Shown one piece after another: positions 11,737-25,915 of a stretch of DNA of 64,000 bases (position 1 is its first letter; each line of letters opens with the position of its first letter). Source of the DNA: Mobula hypostoma (Eukaryota); contig NC_086097.1 in assembly GCF_963921235.1 (NCBI RefSeq), positions 226,178,001 to 226,242,000 of the forward strand. Direction: 5' to 3'. A program made the translations under genes and the position numbers. The notes beneath the pieces were generated by a model. The model was not told where the DNA came from. It saw nothing but the letters and a program-made list of their open reading frames with translations, and made no database searches.

Positions 11737-11884
11737 CTATTTTTATTACTGCAAGGTCACTGAGTTGCTATTGATAGTGATGGGAGGAAAATTTCTCCTG
11801 CCCTAGTTTCCTATTTTTATTACTGCAAGGTCACTGAGTTGCTATTGATAGTGATGGGAGGAAAATTTCTCCTGCCCTAGTTTC
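11737..11884. repeat. Perfect 74-bp tandem duplication
   Basis: 11737-11810 is identical to 11811-11884. Confidence 0.95.
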
Positions 11885-13738
11885 CACTCTACTTATTCCT
11901 CCTCAGCTTCTATTTTCCCATTTTCAGATTGCCCTCTCTGTGATAAGATACTTTCCGTTTCCCTTGCTGATGGTACAAAGCCACTGGCAAAATTATTCAA
12001 CTACTGGGAACCCAAATACTCCATGTAAATGTTGCAACATTCATAGAAGTTGTGTGTTGAGACATCATACAGATGAGCATGCTATGGTTTTATATTACAT
12101 GGTCAGAACCTCATGTGATTTCTCTCCTCAGCTGGAAGCTCACAATCAAAAATGGTGTTTCCAAACTTCCATCATTTTCAGCTTCAGAAATAACCTTCAG
12201 AGAGGACCTTAATCTCAGATATTTTTTGAAAATTAACTACAATTCTAGATTTAAGTTAACCATGTTAATTGTATCCACCGATAACAATACTTCCTTCGCA
12301 ACATCAAACATCTTTCAATATCGATGAAAAATTTTATCAGCTGCACATTGCCAAGTTAGCAGTTATATCAGGTCAGTTCAAAGTGTATTCTTTTATGATA
12401 GCTTTAACCAAATATCAAAACAAGAATGATTTTGAAAATATATAAATTATTACTCTTGACCACATAAATACTGTAGGCTAAATGATAAAACACACACTCA
12501 GATTAATGAAGTCCTATTCATTTAATTGTAACAGCTGTCAATAGCTTACTAGAATTAGGAAGTTAATTTCTTTAACAGACAAAAGAAGGCTTTGGAAAAT
12601 GGCAGAAGCAATAAATGAGAATGGAAGCATTTTACATAATGTTGGAACGCAGCCGTCCTGCTGACAGCCATCAGCGGTGCAGCTACCTTCCTCCTTGAGT
12701 GAATTCATGGATATTGTTGGGGGAGGGGAATTATTGTTGATTTACAATCAGGCTGTACCCTCAGACAGGGTTCAGAAATCTTATAACATTACCATTTTGT
12801 GACAGCGGAGTAAAAGAAAGCATGAGGTAACATTAAGCGTTTAACATCCAGAACAGTAGAATTTGGCACAATGCCAGGATACAATAAAAACTGTTCAGCT
12901 AGTTATGGTTTTCTCACCGTAACAGTTAAATAAACACCGGCGTTTTGCCACCTAACCGAGGTTAGAGTAATCCTAAAAGCATTCTGAATACACTGATGCA
13001 AATGCAAGAAATTAAACTCTCGTTTCATGCAGAAATCCATGAATGCTGCTCACCTGTCCATGCAAAATTTCAATAACCTTTTTGTGGATGTTCACTACAA
13101 TGATACCATTTTTTATTCCAACTGCTTTCTTTTTGTTTATTTTTCCCCATCCGTCTATCTTTTCTTGCTTATTTCTGGAAAAAAAATGGTTATGGTTGTT
13201 TCCTGCTTAATATTATAATTTTAGCCAACAACTCTAGTACAAGATAAATTAATTATACACATCAAACCTTACATGGAGAAAGACAAACATATGAGAAAGC
13301 ACTCGCTAAACTGCATAAGGCTTACTATGCGCATGTTTAATTTGTGCTGTCTTTGTACACTGTGCACTGGTTTATAGGCATGCTTCAAAAATGAATGGGT
13401 GCCTTCTCTGTATGTTTAAAAAATGATCAATCTGGTTTATTCCAAGACGAAGAGGTTTTTGTATGTCGAAGATTTGTATATGTTAGCAGTTTAGGAATGC
13501 AGTGGTAATATATTTGAAATACAATACCTAACCATCCTAATCTTTGTGAGTGCAAGATGGGGAATGCTTTGAAGTGTAAATCTGAAAACTAAGTAATGTT
13601 GGTTATTCTCAAAAAAACATGAAAGCTAATATATTAAGTAAAGATATATTACCATGACAGTTTGCAGTATAACAAACAGGAATCTTTATTTACATATAAT
13701 GTTATTTTCCTTCATTATACTGGAAGAAATAACTGTGT

Positions 13739-13752
13739 TGCCACTAGGTGGC
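13739..13752 (+). promoter_or_regulatory. Candidate CTCF site
   Basis: tgccactaggtggc matches the CCACYAGRKGGC core; motif match only. Confidence 0.4.
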
Positions 13753-14269
13753 TTTTCCAGATCTCCCCCACCCCCTCCCCATTACAGCCCCCCCCCACAA
13801 TTAGTCTGTAATATGTTCATAGTATAAACAAAGATAAAATTTTAACCATAAAACTCATCTGGGATGCTCATGTAATCTGCTAATTTTGATCCATGCCACC
13901 TTTAATTAGAATCTCAAATCCAAGTTATATAGATCAATAATTTTAATTTCTGAATTGTCTTTTGATCCTTGCATTTCATGTTTGTTTGTTAAAAAAATGA
14001 GCTGTAGAACAAAGCTGATAATTTATGCAGAAAACAGTCTCCCAGCAGAGCATACAAGCACATTCCTCGCCATCAACAGCAGAATGCAGACTAGGCTTGA
14101 CACTGGTCTAATTAGCATGCAGATATGCATCGCCTCATTGGAAATTCAAATTGCTTTTTTTATAATGTACCTCAAATTGTGCTACTTCAAACATTGTATT
14201 TGATTTCCAAAGCCCCCTGGGCATCACATAATATCTAGCTTCATCCCAGGGTATGGAGCATTTATTGAA

Positions 14270-15010
<741 letters not shown>

Positions 15011-15136
15011 ATGTTACGTGCTTGCCATCCTTATTCCATGTCAGAGGTACAGCACAAGTCTCGTCCCCATTTCGACGCAAATTTTACATCAGTCCGGTGC
15101 AGTGGCATGTTGGTCAATGCCAGGCAAAAGGAGACA
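15011..15136 (+). CDS. Candidate first coding exon of an unidentified host gene (MLRACHPYSMSEVQHKSRPHFDANFTSVRCSGMLVNARQKET)
   Basis: ATG at 15011, 42 open codons, then GTAAGT donor at 15137 (phase 0); peptide not recognised. Confidence 0.3.
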
Positions 15137-18100
15137 GTAAGTGAAAGCAGAGGGGTGGCTGTGAGGACATGGTATTCTTGTTTCCGATATCCGGTACATC
15201 AGCATTCATTTAAAGCAGAGAAAGGGATCTAACTCACACGGTGATTTCCTCTGCTTCGTTAGACCATCTTTATTATCCTTATCGGATACTGGCATCGCAT
15301 GCCACCGCAGAGCTCGTGAGGGTGCCTACAGTAAAATGCTTGTAGATAACTGCCACCAAGCAGCCTCCTGCCTTGAAAATAGGGCGACTACTTCAGGATC
15401 TTATGCATGCTTGCTGTTTGAAGCTGCAGAAAAGTGAATAATCAATTAACTATTGATTTCTTGTAAGTTTTGGTAAATTTCAAAGGCAAGACAAAGAGCA
15501 TGGTTTAAACAGAACACAGCGGGGACCTGGCGTAAATTAGACAACAAACAGCAGTCTGGAATAAACTAACGCCTCATCAGAAAATCATCTTGGAAGAATT
15601 AATGCTAGCTGTTGGAAGACAATGGTTGCTTTAATCAAAGCGGCAGGCAAACAACAGTATTACTCGTGAATGTGAAAGCGGATCTAATTATAACTGCCCA
15701 CAATTTTATGGTGGCTTCGAGTAGTGTAACAGATGCAAAGGTGTTCTCTTTACGAAGCAAGAAGCAGACCTTGAAATATGGCTCATGGATTATAATGGAC
15801 GTTTTGAGATTTTAAAACCTTCCTATTCATCAAAACTGCACTGCAGTTAATTTGTTTATCAGGAGGTATTTCTACTTCATCGTGAGATACTCTCACCAAT
15901 ATGATCTGTTGTTCATCGAACGAAGATAATACCTGTTTGTAGTGTTACATTTATTGCTTGTTTTATTTCTAGTATTAAGTAAATAGAGTGACCTTGGTTT
16001 GTAAGTAGGTTGGTACTGTACATATTTAAATGTTACATTCCTTTTTCGGCGTTCATTTGCAGCTAAGAATTGCAGATAAGAATTGATTGGCGTAAATTTT
16101 GTTATTAAGCTCTTTGAAATATAGTACAATACTGTAGAAATTGTCAGCTGATGAGATCTATAATTACTGCAGTATTATTTCCAGAAAAAAAAATGAGCTA
16201 TGGATTTTGACTATAAAGCAGAATATTCTAATCAGTAGTATAGCCTGTGATGCTGTTAGTATGCAAAGCACTCCTTTTATGTTAGGCAGAGTGCAGGGTA
16301 CAATAACATTTTAACTCTTTCTTACCTTGCAATATTAATAAGATATCTTGCTTTATTTTTAAACAAAAAGCATTTGGTTTAATTTGAACACTGGTCTTGA
16401 GAAAGGTTCGTTTCTTTCAAGTTTGCAGCGTGGCTTTAAATCATTAAAACTATGCTGAGAGCTGTAAATCAGCAAGATCAAAAGTGGGTTATTTTCCTTC
16501 TTAAAGAGAAAGTCATCCAGAGGCCATTCCATTCATTTAGTATCCAGAAGGACCAATTTTATTCAAGCTGCCTCACAAAGCCATGTCAGAGAACACTATA
16601 ACCCCATTCACACTGGAATTCTTAATTTAATCTTGCTCTTAGCAGAACTGTGTAAACAAGGCCAAATACCAACATTTAGTCGGAATACAAAGTAGAATCT
16701 CAAGTCACAGTTGGAATCACAATCACTTTAACTCAAGAACATGTAAACTGAAGTATACATGGGCTAGAAACTGAGGTTCCTATGTGCTATTTGTAATTGT
16801 TAATTGTATGAGATAATAACAGACCAAAATGCACAGTAACCTTGTCATTGATGACCATGGGTGTATTGACTTCAGGTGTTATGGACAGACAAAATATATT
16901 CAAAGGAAAATCTGAATGTGAACAAATATTCTAAGACTAACTTTAAGAGTATTCAACTGGGAAGATGAATGCAGTGTGCTTGGTCTTATGCTGATGCTAT
17001 GTAAAGAGAGTTACATTTCACTCCCTTAAGGTATTTATGCTTAATTTTGAATGTCTGGCATTGCTAACATATTTACCTATGTACAAACAAGGTAAATGTT
17101 TACTTTTAACTGAACAGTTGGAGGTAAAATGATCTCCACATGCCAAATGAAGTGGCACAAAAAGTAATTTGATAATAATTGGCCAAACGTGAGCTTGAAA
17201 ATGTTAAGCAATGTGAGGGCCAAACATTTTGCTGCAGCAACCAAACTAAATGGGTGAACTCTCTAAGCAAGTTTTCATTGTATAGATTTTCATCATGTGA
17301 TTTTTTGGACTGATGTTATGTAATCACCTTGGACCGACAGCTACAAAATGTGATCCCCTCGAGATGTAAAGTTATAGCATTACGTCCTGACCAAATATAG
17401 CACTTGTCAGAATTTTATTTTACTAAACTGTGTGCAATCATCAACGCTTATTTATGCTTAACTATAAATTTTCATTAGAGTTTGCTTAATAATTTACTAT
17501 AGTTTTATATCGTACATTAATGGATGGCTGGCATGGAGCACATCAATCTAAAACAGTGCTAATTGTGTTATGATCCAGAAGCCGGAAAGTAATCATTCAA
17601 GGAGAGTGGATCTGTCATAACTGAGGATTGTTTCCATTTTGTGACGATGAGATCGCCATTTTAGTGGTTTCAGAATCTAATATAATTTTGAATAAATTCC
17701 TTTGAATGCCATTCGATCATATATCAACTGGAAATACACGGGGGAAGGATTAGGAGTCTCTTTGTGCTATTGAACTGCTATTAGAAGAACCATAATATTG
17801 GTGGGCTGAAAGGAATGTTTCTGCTACGTTCTGGAACATGTTTTGCCAAGGAACACGACTGATATGGATTCAACGTTTCCAATGTCTATTCCTACCTGTG
17901 GACTTTCCTCAAGCAAGATAAAAGATTGTTTTTTGTGAAAGCCAGTGTACAGAAAACAACACATCTTCTCTATGAAGCAATGGTTATTGTCGCTACTTAA
18001 ACTGCAACTACTGCCCAAAGGATCATGATAGAAACACCACCTTATCGGTTTAGATTCAGCAGACCACCCTTTATATCACAAGACTGGAATTCAATTCAGC

Positions 18101-19189
18101 ACCATTAGGAGATTATATGAAATGGCATAACTCAAATTAATACAGAGCCATGAAGAATATTATGCAAATAAGAGCAAATAGCACTCATCCATCGAATTCA
18201 TTCATTTAGAATGAATGTTTATTGTTTATTTTCTCCAGTAGCTATCAAAAGTTGCTCAACGTCACAGTATATTTCAGGTTTGGATATGGAGAATGATTGT
18301 AAATTGTAATCATTGTTACATGATCTTTAAAACTATTGCTAGTATTGTCAGGTGTCGAATGATAATTCTTTCAGTATGAACTTCTCTTAGTTAACCTTGT
18401 GATAAGCCTCTTCTGGCACTGTATTTTTTGTTGTAGCATCACATACAGCTACGCAACATGAAAATGTATCACGGGTATACAACAGTTACTAACAAAAAGA
18501 AACACAAGGGCATAAACTGAAGCATGAAAGCTAATAATTAAGAAGATGTCCTCAAAATGGAAAATGTCAAAGTTGTACAAATGATGAAGGAAAATTTACT
18601 CGAGTGGGTTTTGCTTCAGCAACATTGATTGTGTGAATAATTTTCTTCTAGGCGTGGTTGCAATATGCAGTTGTTTATCATCTAAGTTTCACAGAAAATC
18701 TGTTTGCCATTTGTTATATTAGTAAGGAAGTGCACTGATAAATGCAACTACATCACTGTAACTATAGAGGTTCATGCCCATGTCATGCAATTTCCAAAAT
18801 ATAGCAGGAGTTGTTCAGATAGACACAAATCCATAAAATGGTGTAAATGAAAGCAGCATACCAAATGACACTACTTAGTCTTACTGGCTGCAATTATTAA
18901 TCTGATGTGAGCTGAGAACCTGCACCCTGGATCACCCGCACTCCCTGTAGAGTCAGAAATTGTATAAACTAGAAATCTGATGAGATAATGTAAACTAAAT
19001 TGTGGAAATCACGGATATACAAGACTTTAGGAGCCTGCGAGTGAACTTAGTAACTCTGGGGTCAAATGAATATCCATACAGGTCTTTTCTAATGCTGCAT
19101 ATCCCAACTTAATTGAATTTGAATTTCAAGTAGTGGGAGTAATGTTAATGCTGTTCAAACCTTTCAAATTCTTCTTACTTCTTTTGTCA

Positions 19190-19740
19190 GTGGCTATAAT
19201 TGACAGGGTCGTCATCTCTTGTTCATCCCTTGTTGCCATCATGAGATGATGATCAACCAACGTCCTGAACTGTTGCAAAGCATGGTAGCGTAATGGTTAG
19301 CACAACGCATTACAGTGCAGTCAACCAGGTTTCAATTCCCGCCACTACCTATAAGGAGTTTGTATGTCCTCCCCTTGAGTGCGTGAGTTTCCTCCCACAG
19401 TCCAAAGACGTATCGGTCAGTGGGTTAATTTGTCATTGTGAATTATCCCATGACTAGGCTAGGAATAAATCGGAGAATTGCTGGCCAGAATGGCTCAAAG
19501 GGCCGTAATGGCCTATCCTGCATTGTATCTCAATGAATAAATAATGCCTAGTAATACTGGGCCTTTACAAACCAATTGGACATCATGCATGTTCAGTCAC
19601 ATCTAAGCCAGACTCAATCAACACAATGGTTTCTTCCCTTGAAGGTACCTTTTGGACTTTTATGACAATCTAGCCACTGAATGGTCTGTTCTAAAATAGT
19701 CATTTATTTCCAGATTTTATTTTCTTTAAGCAAAATAAAA
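19190..19740 (-). mobile_element. Old elasmobranch SINE/LINE-tail relic hosting a V-SINE
   Basis: agtcacatctaagccagac...tttatgacaatc...ttccagatttt; related to 19980-20195 and 57020-57200. Confidence 0.45.
19280..19544 (+). mobile_element. tRNA-derived V-SINE (HE1-like)
   Basis: A box tagcgtaatgg, B box gtttcaattccc, V core ggagtttgtatgtcctcccc...tttcctcccacagtccaaagac, CR1-like tail, aataaataa end. Confidence 0.85.
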
Positions 19741-19979
19741 TGGTTTGATAGAGCAAGTGAGGGGAAAGTATTTGTAAAGGCAGACAGGTTAACAATCAAA
19801 GGATCTCTGACAAACAGACAAAGCAACCAGAGAGAAGAATTTATTCCTTCACAAATGTGTATCACAGCGGCAAGGCCAGCAGATATCGGCTATTCCGACT
19901 TTCTCCTGTTGTGAGATGACAGTTTAAAGTTAACCACACTGATAGGGCTAGTTGTTACATTTGCACCCAATTGAGGAAT

Positions 19980-20195
19980 GACAACAGGTTCACTTCTCTA
20001 AGTGAACCAGATGGCTTTTGTCTTATAACAATTCAATATTTTCATAGTTCCAATTAATGAAAGCAGCTTTTATTCCAGATTTATCTAATTACTTAAATTT
20101 AGATTTCCCAGCTGCTATGGTGACATTAGATATCCATATCAACGATCCAAGCCCCTGGGTATTAATCCTGCAACTTAACCAATTTGCTACTGTAC
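19980..20195 (-). mobile_element. Old tRNA-SINE relic
   Basis: agtgaaccagatggctttt...ttttattccagatttat...cccagctgctatggtg. Confidence 0.5.
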
Positions 20196-23100
20196 ACATA
20201 CTTGAGAGAATTTTGTTTTTTTTTACTCATTCTGCCTGATAGGGTGGCAGAATGAAACACAACTAAATGAAAAAATTGGAAAAGCTATGGAAATAGAGGA
20301 TGGAGAAGGAACCAAATGGAGATCTTCAAAATTGCTGACATAAACACGATGGCTCCAAAGGGGTTTTGCTAAACTGTAAGATTCTTTGAAATTCTCATCC
20401 ATGCTGGGCTTAGAACATCTGTTATTTGGACTATTAGTACAGTAACTACAATACCATTATAACTATATGTGGCTTTAATAATTTACTGTACATTCAGCTA
20501 GGTTCCACAAGCAAGCATATGCCTACCAAATTTCAAATGTAATTATTCAAGAGAATATTTATACATGCTCTAACATGTTGTATAATCATGTTTTACTGCT
20601 TTTAACTGTGTAAATGTGTCATGTCAGATTTAAAGAGGTTGGTGATAAATCATGTAACTATCAATGTATATCAGAACACATTCCTCCTGAGGACATACTA
20701 GCTCTAGTGGAAAAATGGTGCACTCCCAAGCAAAAGGTTTCAAGCATGAATCCCAAACCTTGTTCTCATCCGGCCTCATTGGCACAGCAGTGGTAAACTG
20801 CGACAGGATCACAGTGGCTGGAGTACTCTGTTTCAATCAAGATAGGCAGCGAAGCAAGTCCAGCTGGACTGAGCACATCAAGTGAGTGTGTGGCATGATT
20901 AGAACAGTGGCAAAACCTGAGCATTCTGAAGCTGCAGCCTTGCTATTCAGAATGAGAAACTGCACTGGAGCAAAAAGTGGGTGCATTGGAGCAGGATTCA
21001 GTGATGCACAGCAAATGGATCATCTTGTTGTATAAGAATTAGGCTTCATAAAGAAGTTGAAGTATGCATAATTATAACTTTACACACAATTAAAAACAAT
21101 ACTTTTCTATTGTTTAGGTCAACTTTAATCTAAAGCATATGTTGGTTTATTTCTGAATTTTCTTTAGATCTCCATTGGCCATCAATTCAAAAATTTCCTA
21201 TACTAAAATGCAATTTTGCATTCAATTAGTAAGATCGTTCATTTCAGAGGAAGATACTCAGGCACTTAATCCATCTATCCAAATTTACGGTGTTTGTTTA
21301 ATGTACTCAGTAAAATAAAGAGAACATCTTACCTGACACATGTGTCTCCCCATTAGGTTGCCTCTGCATATAGCTGTTTATATCTGTACACATGTGTATA
21401 TATAAACTGCATAAACACACAGAAGCAGACCAGATGTCTAGCTGTGATTTATTTTTCTTCCACTAGAAAACTGATTGGAAAATATGAAGTTACAAAATGC
21501 ACTCAGTTATTTCATTAAATAATGTAATTCAGATTCTGATAGATCCAAGGAAACACTGTTATCAACAACTTCCTGTAGTAAATGTAATTTCTGTAAAAAA
21601 AAATCATTGTCTAGGAAGCATCAAATTTACTTAACACAGTTTAATAAAATTGGTGTAACCTAATACCGTTATAAGTTGGTATACCAAGCACAATGTTGTG
21701 GTGTTAGCTTTTGTTAAATTATGGGATCTAGAAGTCAGTCACAGTGTAACATTCTTTATATGATTGTGTCTGAGGCATAATATGACAGGAAAAAATATAA
21801 TGTTTCGTGAATGACAGTTTCTAGATTTGTGTTGCCTGAGGTGATTCAGCTGAACAATAAACTGTAATTTGATTGATGGGAAATTGAAGTGGTTCATCTA
21901 ACATGGCAGTCTGTCTTACCTCAGGCTTTACTACTGCACATATGATAATGTACCACAGTTTTAGGAGTAATGTCATTTGTATTGTGTGATATGATTTTCT
22001 GCATAAAACGAAGATTTGATTGCACTGTAATGATCTAAATCAGCCATGGATTAGCAAGAGAATGCATATTATTGGGGAGGTGAGACCAAAGCTGGATTCC
22101 TTCCATTTGTGTAGGCAATTACATATGAGACCAGAAGAGCATTAATACTGCATTGGTGCAGGAAATGCAGAAAAAGCATTGAGGTTGAGGAGTTGTAGTT
22201 CATCGTTACAAAGACATCATCAAGTGGCTGCTGAAGAAGAACCAATCAGGTATCACAGTAAAAGTCACCTGACTGCAGTAGTTTCTAGTTCCTGTTTCGG
22301 TCAAGTTAATCTTGCATGAAAAACATTGTGTGCGTCATACTACACAGTTCTTGAGACAAGAACATACATTTGGGCTCCCAAAACAGCTGTATATTCAATT
22401 TAAGAGGGAAAAAATGCTTATTTTTAAGACTGAATGTGATTAGAAAATATTGCATAAAGAAAAAAACAAGGGGCCTGTTAAGTGTTTCTATGTTAATATT
22501 GTGCTGCATGTTAAGATGCACTCACATCAGTAAACAAACACCTTTTAATCCAATTTCACATCGAAGTTCCATACTATAATGTGATCATGGCTTGAAACTT
22601 GAGGCAAAATGTTTAGTAACATCCATATGGTTCAAATTAAAGAACTGTCAACCAGAATTTTTGGAAGTATTTTCCACTGTAGTTGTAATTTGATTTCATT
22701 AAATTTATCATTTCCATCACAGGATTGGTGATATTCTATTTCTTTAACAGAACTATATATTCCCAGCTCCACAAACCAAGATACATGCATTCCTGTATAT
22801 ATTAACTCAACTGGCTAGTTCATTAGTTTGGTGATGAACAGGTCTAAATACATTCAGTAATTACAGCGGGAATTAAATATTAATATAAGGGAAGAAAATT
22901 ATAATTTCTTCAGTTTAAATGTTTTTTTTATAATCTGGTTTGTATTGTATAACATGAATACTCTGTTTAAAAGCAAATTATTTCAAAATGCCTGAACCTC
23001 CATTTACAGCAAAGACTTGCTAACATACAGTATATGCAGTTTCAATCAGTTGCCATTACTCAATTTTTCTAACATTTTGGTGATATGTAGAATACAATAA

Positions 23101-25691
23101 TATGCATATTAACTTTTTTTCACCTCCTTCCACACTTTCTCTTACCTCAGATCAATATTATCCTTGCACTGATTCAGCCACAAGTCACTCAGCAAATGTT
23201 GTCAGTATTATTCCTCAGATGACTCAGAAAGCATGTGCTTAAGGGACATTTCTTCTGGACGGCTTTTCACTCTTCCTACAGGTGGTGACATATTTCAGAC
23301 TGAAGATCGCACAATTTGAGAAGCCAAATGCACACAACAATGTAGTTGAGATTTTGAGTATAATTTTCCAGCTCACAGACCATTGGATCTCTTGGGTCAC
23401 TTCAAGGCATGCTAACTTCACATGGGAACTTTTATCAGTATTCTTTCGTGCCTTAGATCTTCATCAAAACGATAATTCACTCTTGCAGTCACAACTATAT
23501 CCCACAATTGAATGTTATACAAGCTATAAAAATATCCTGTGCTCTGACATTTAATGGGAAGTAATTTCTATCAAATTGTCTCATAATCCTAATATTATAA
23601 AGGGAGATGTCTGCCCGATCACTGGTGGTTCTTGGTTGCTTCTTATTACTATGTTTTATGCTCTAGATTTGCAGGTTATAAGCAGCCTGGGAGCGGACAT
23701 TTTGTGTAGAACTGCCCCTGATGTGACATAATAAAGCTTTCTCCAGTGGCAGTCTTTCTGGGGACTGCAGATCATGGTCCACTGTTCCCATTCACAATAT
23801 CATAGAAACAAAACCTTGCAAATTCACCTCTAGGGCAACTCTAACAAAATGTCTCTCCTAAGCCTCTTATAACCAGAAAGTCCTGAGTATAAAACATCAT
23901 ACAAATGGTGACTGAGAAACATCAGTACATTTATAGATATTTTCCTTTGTAATATTTAAGGATTATGACACATTTTAATAGAATATATTTCTCCTTTAAG
24001 GATCTTCAGAATAGTTATTATCCCTGTGCACTTACGTGTAGTAACTCATGGCATGTTGCAAAGAAAATACCCAAAGTAGAAATGTGTTTGATTTGTTAAG
24101 TTGTAGTAAATATATTTTCCCATGCTATTTCCCTTTACATAGCGTCTGGATTGCAATAGATGCTGCACATGAACAAAACACTGGTGGTTTTTCACAACAT
24201 TATCCCCTGAAATAGATGTTGCAAGGTCAACTACAAAAACTTCTAAAAGACCAGGTAAAGGTTTCCTTTACAGCCTAACCACTTAACAGTTGACTTGTCA
24301 CAGTTGTCGTGATTTTAAAGGTTCACCGTGTATTGAATCGGGAGAACAGAAAGGTTGATTAATTATACATCATGCATACTATGGTTTGTTGCGCTATCAT
24401 GATATTTATTATTGTTACCAGATTGAATCTATGGCAATTATAATTGTTCCACACATGCCAAGTGGATCTTCCCTTAAAGTTGACTGCATAATTATTTCAG
24501 ATTAACAACCTGTAATCCTTTTAAAGCAATATTTTGTAAACCAATCTGTCTCAGATGATTGAGTTTTGTCAGAAATATTCTGAAATTATTCTTGAGATTT
24601 CAGAATAAATCAATTGCGCAGTCACACAAAACACTGCAACAGATGTAGAGCAGCTGTACAGAAACAGTTCAAACGGCATCTCTGTCATTGTCATCCCCAG
24701 ATTCGGAAAAATTCATTCCTGGTCGTTTTGCTTCAGAATGATCAAATTGTTGCAGTCATGCTGAAAATGGCTCTCATTAAATTTGAAATGATGTGATAAT
24801 ATTTGGACAAATTAATTTTTTTTGTTCATTTTAGAACACTTATTCCAAATTAATTTTGACTCGTGTTTGTTGACATTGCTTCCAATGTGATGACTGTGAC
24901 ATTCATTTCCCCAACACATGGATTAATCCTCTTTTTAATGACTTCACCTAGGCAGGTGTTTCCTGTCTAAATCTGACATGAAATTAAACACAGCTCCAGA
25001 TGTTCTGTCTATAGAGCAGCTAGTGAAATTTATTGGAACATTTAATCACAGGTCAACAAATTGGAATAACCGAACTACATTGTGCACGAGGCAGACGTGT
25101 AAAAAAGAATCAGAGCGAAGTACAAGGAATTCAGTACAAAAGAATCAGAAACGAGAAGGTAGTTCCATCTGCTTGCTGATCAGACCATTTGCCAAACCAC
25201 TTGCAACCTCTTGCTTGTGTTGCTGAGTACTTAGAAAAACCTTGATGTTGCCTATCTTTTGGTCCTTGAATTAGCTCCAGCCACATTCTGGGCTTCTGCA
25301 CACACTGTAGTTGGGCTGCATGATATTCACTTACTAAATTGAAGCAGTAGTTTGCATACTATGTCATGGAAGTAACCTAACAGATGTATCGACTCTTGCA
25401 TGAAGGATGATTTGTTTTACTTGCCTGCACAGTGAATGGAGTTTTCTGGCTTTATAGAATGATTTTTCAAATAAATATTTTATAAAGCTGTTGATTAAGT
25501 ATTCTGACTCCTTGACAGTAAATACAATGTAAGTCACATCTGTTTAAACAAACGTTTTTCTAAATTATTCATTTTTTCAGATCAGCTGTACTAGATGCTA
25601 TATCATTGAAAGTCAATCAAGTATTTGTTTTAGGGTTGCTGCACCAGGTTCAGAGCTGGGCAAATTCATCATTTACTTAAAGCAAGTGTAG

Positions 25692-25915
25692 AGACGAGTA
25701 TCATCGGAGTACGATTCAGAGAAAAACAGGGACCCTCAAAGTCACTTGGAGTGCACGGTGCACGATACATGTGTGAAAACCCATATGAATTATGGAAATA
25801 GATGAATATTGATATCATGTGCTGCTTTATCTAGTTAGGCAAGTTAAATACAAGCACATCAATGCATAGATGTAGCTTTATTATTGAGTTATGTACTCAT
25901 GATGTTTGTATGCAT
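25692..25915 (+). repeat. Unclassified ~220-bp dispersed repeat, copy 1
   Basis: Collinear with 36863-37077 (gagtgcacggt, aattatggaaata, atgtgctgct, agttaggcaagt, gcatagat). Confidence 0.8.

Noticed and set aside
18095..18112. REST/NRSE-like half site ttcagcacca (and cacggacag near 27342)
   Set aside because: Only half sites, or wrong spacing
19280..19350. tRNA-like A and B boxes (also at 45225)
   Set aside because: SINE heads followed by V core and tail; not tRNA genes
23282..23554. Acceptor-preceded 90-codon ORF in phase with the candidate first exon, AATAAA at ~23730
   Set aside because: No recognisable homology; such a frame can arise by chance; needs RNA evidence
24978..25226. 82-aa ATG ORF in unique DNA (also 37198-37407)
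   Set aside because: No recognisable domain and weak splice context
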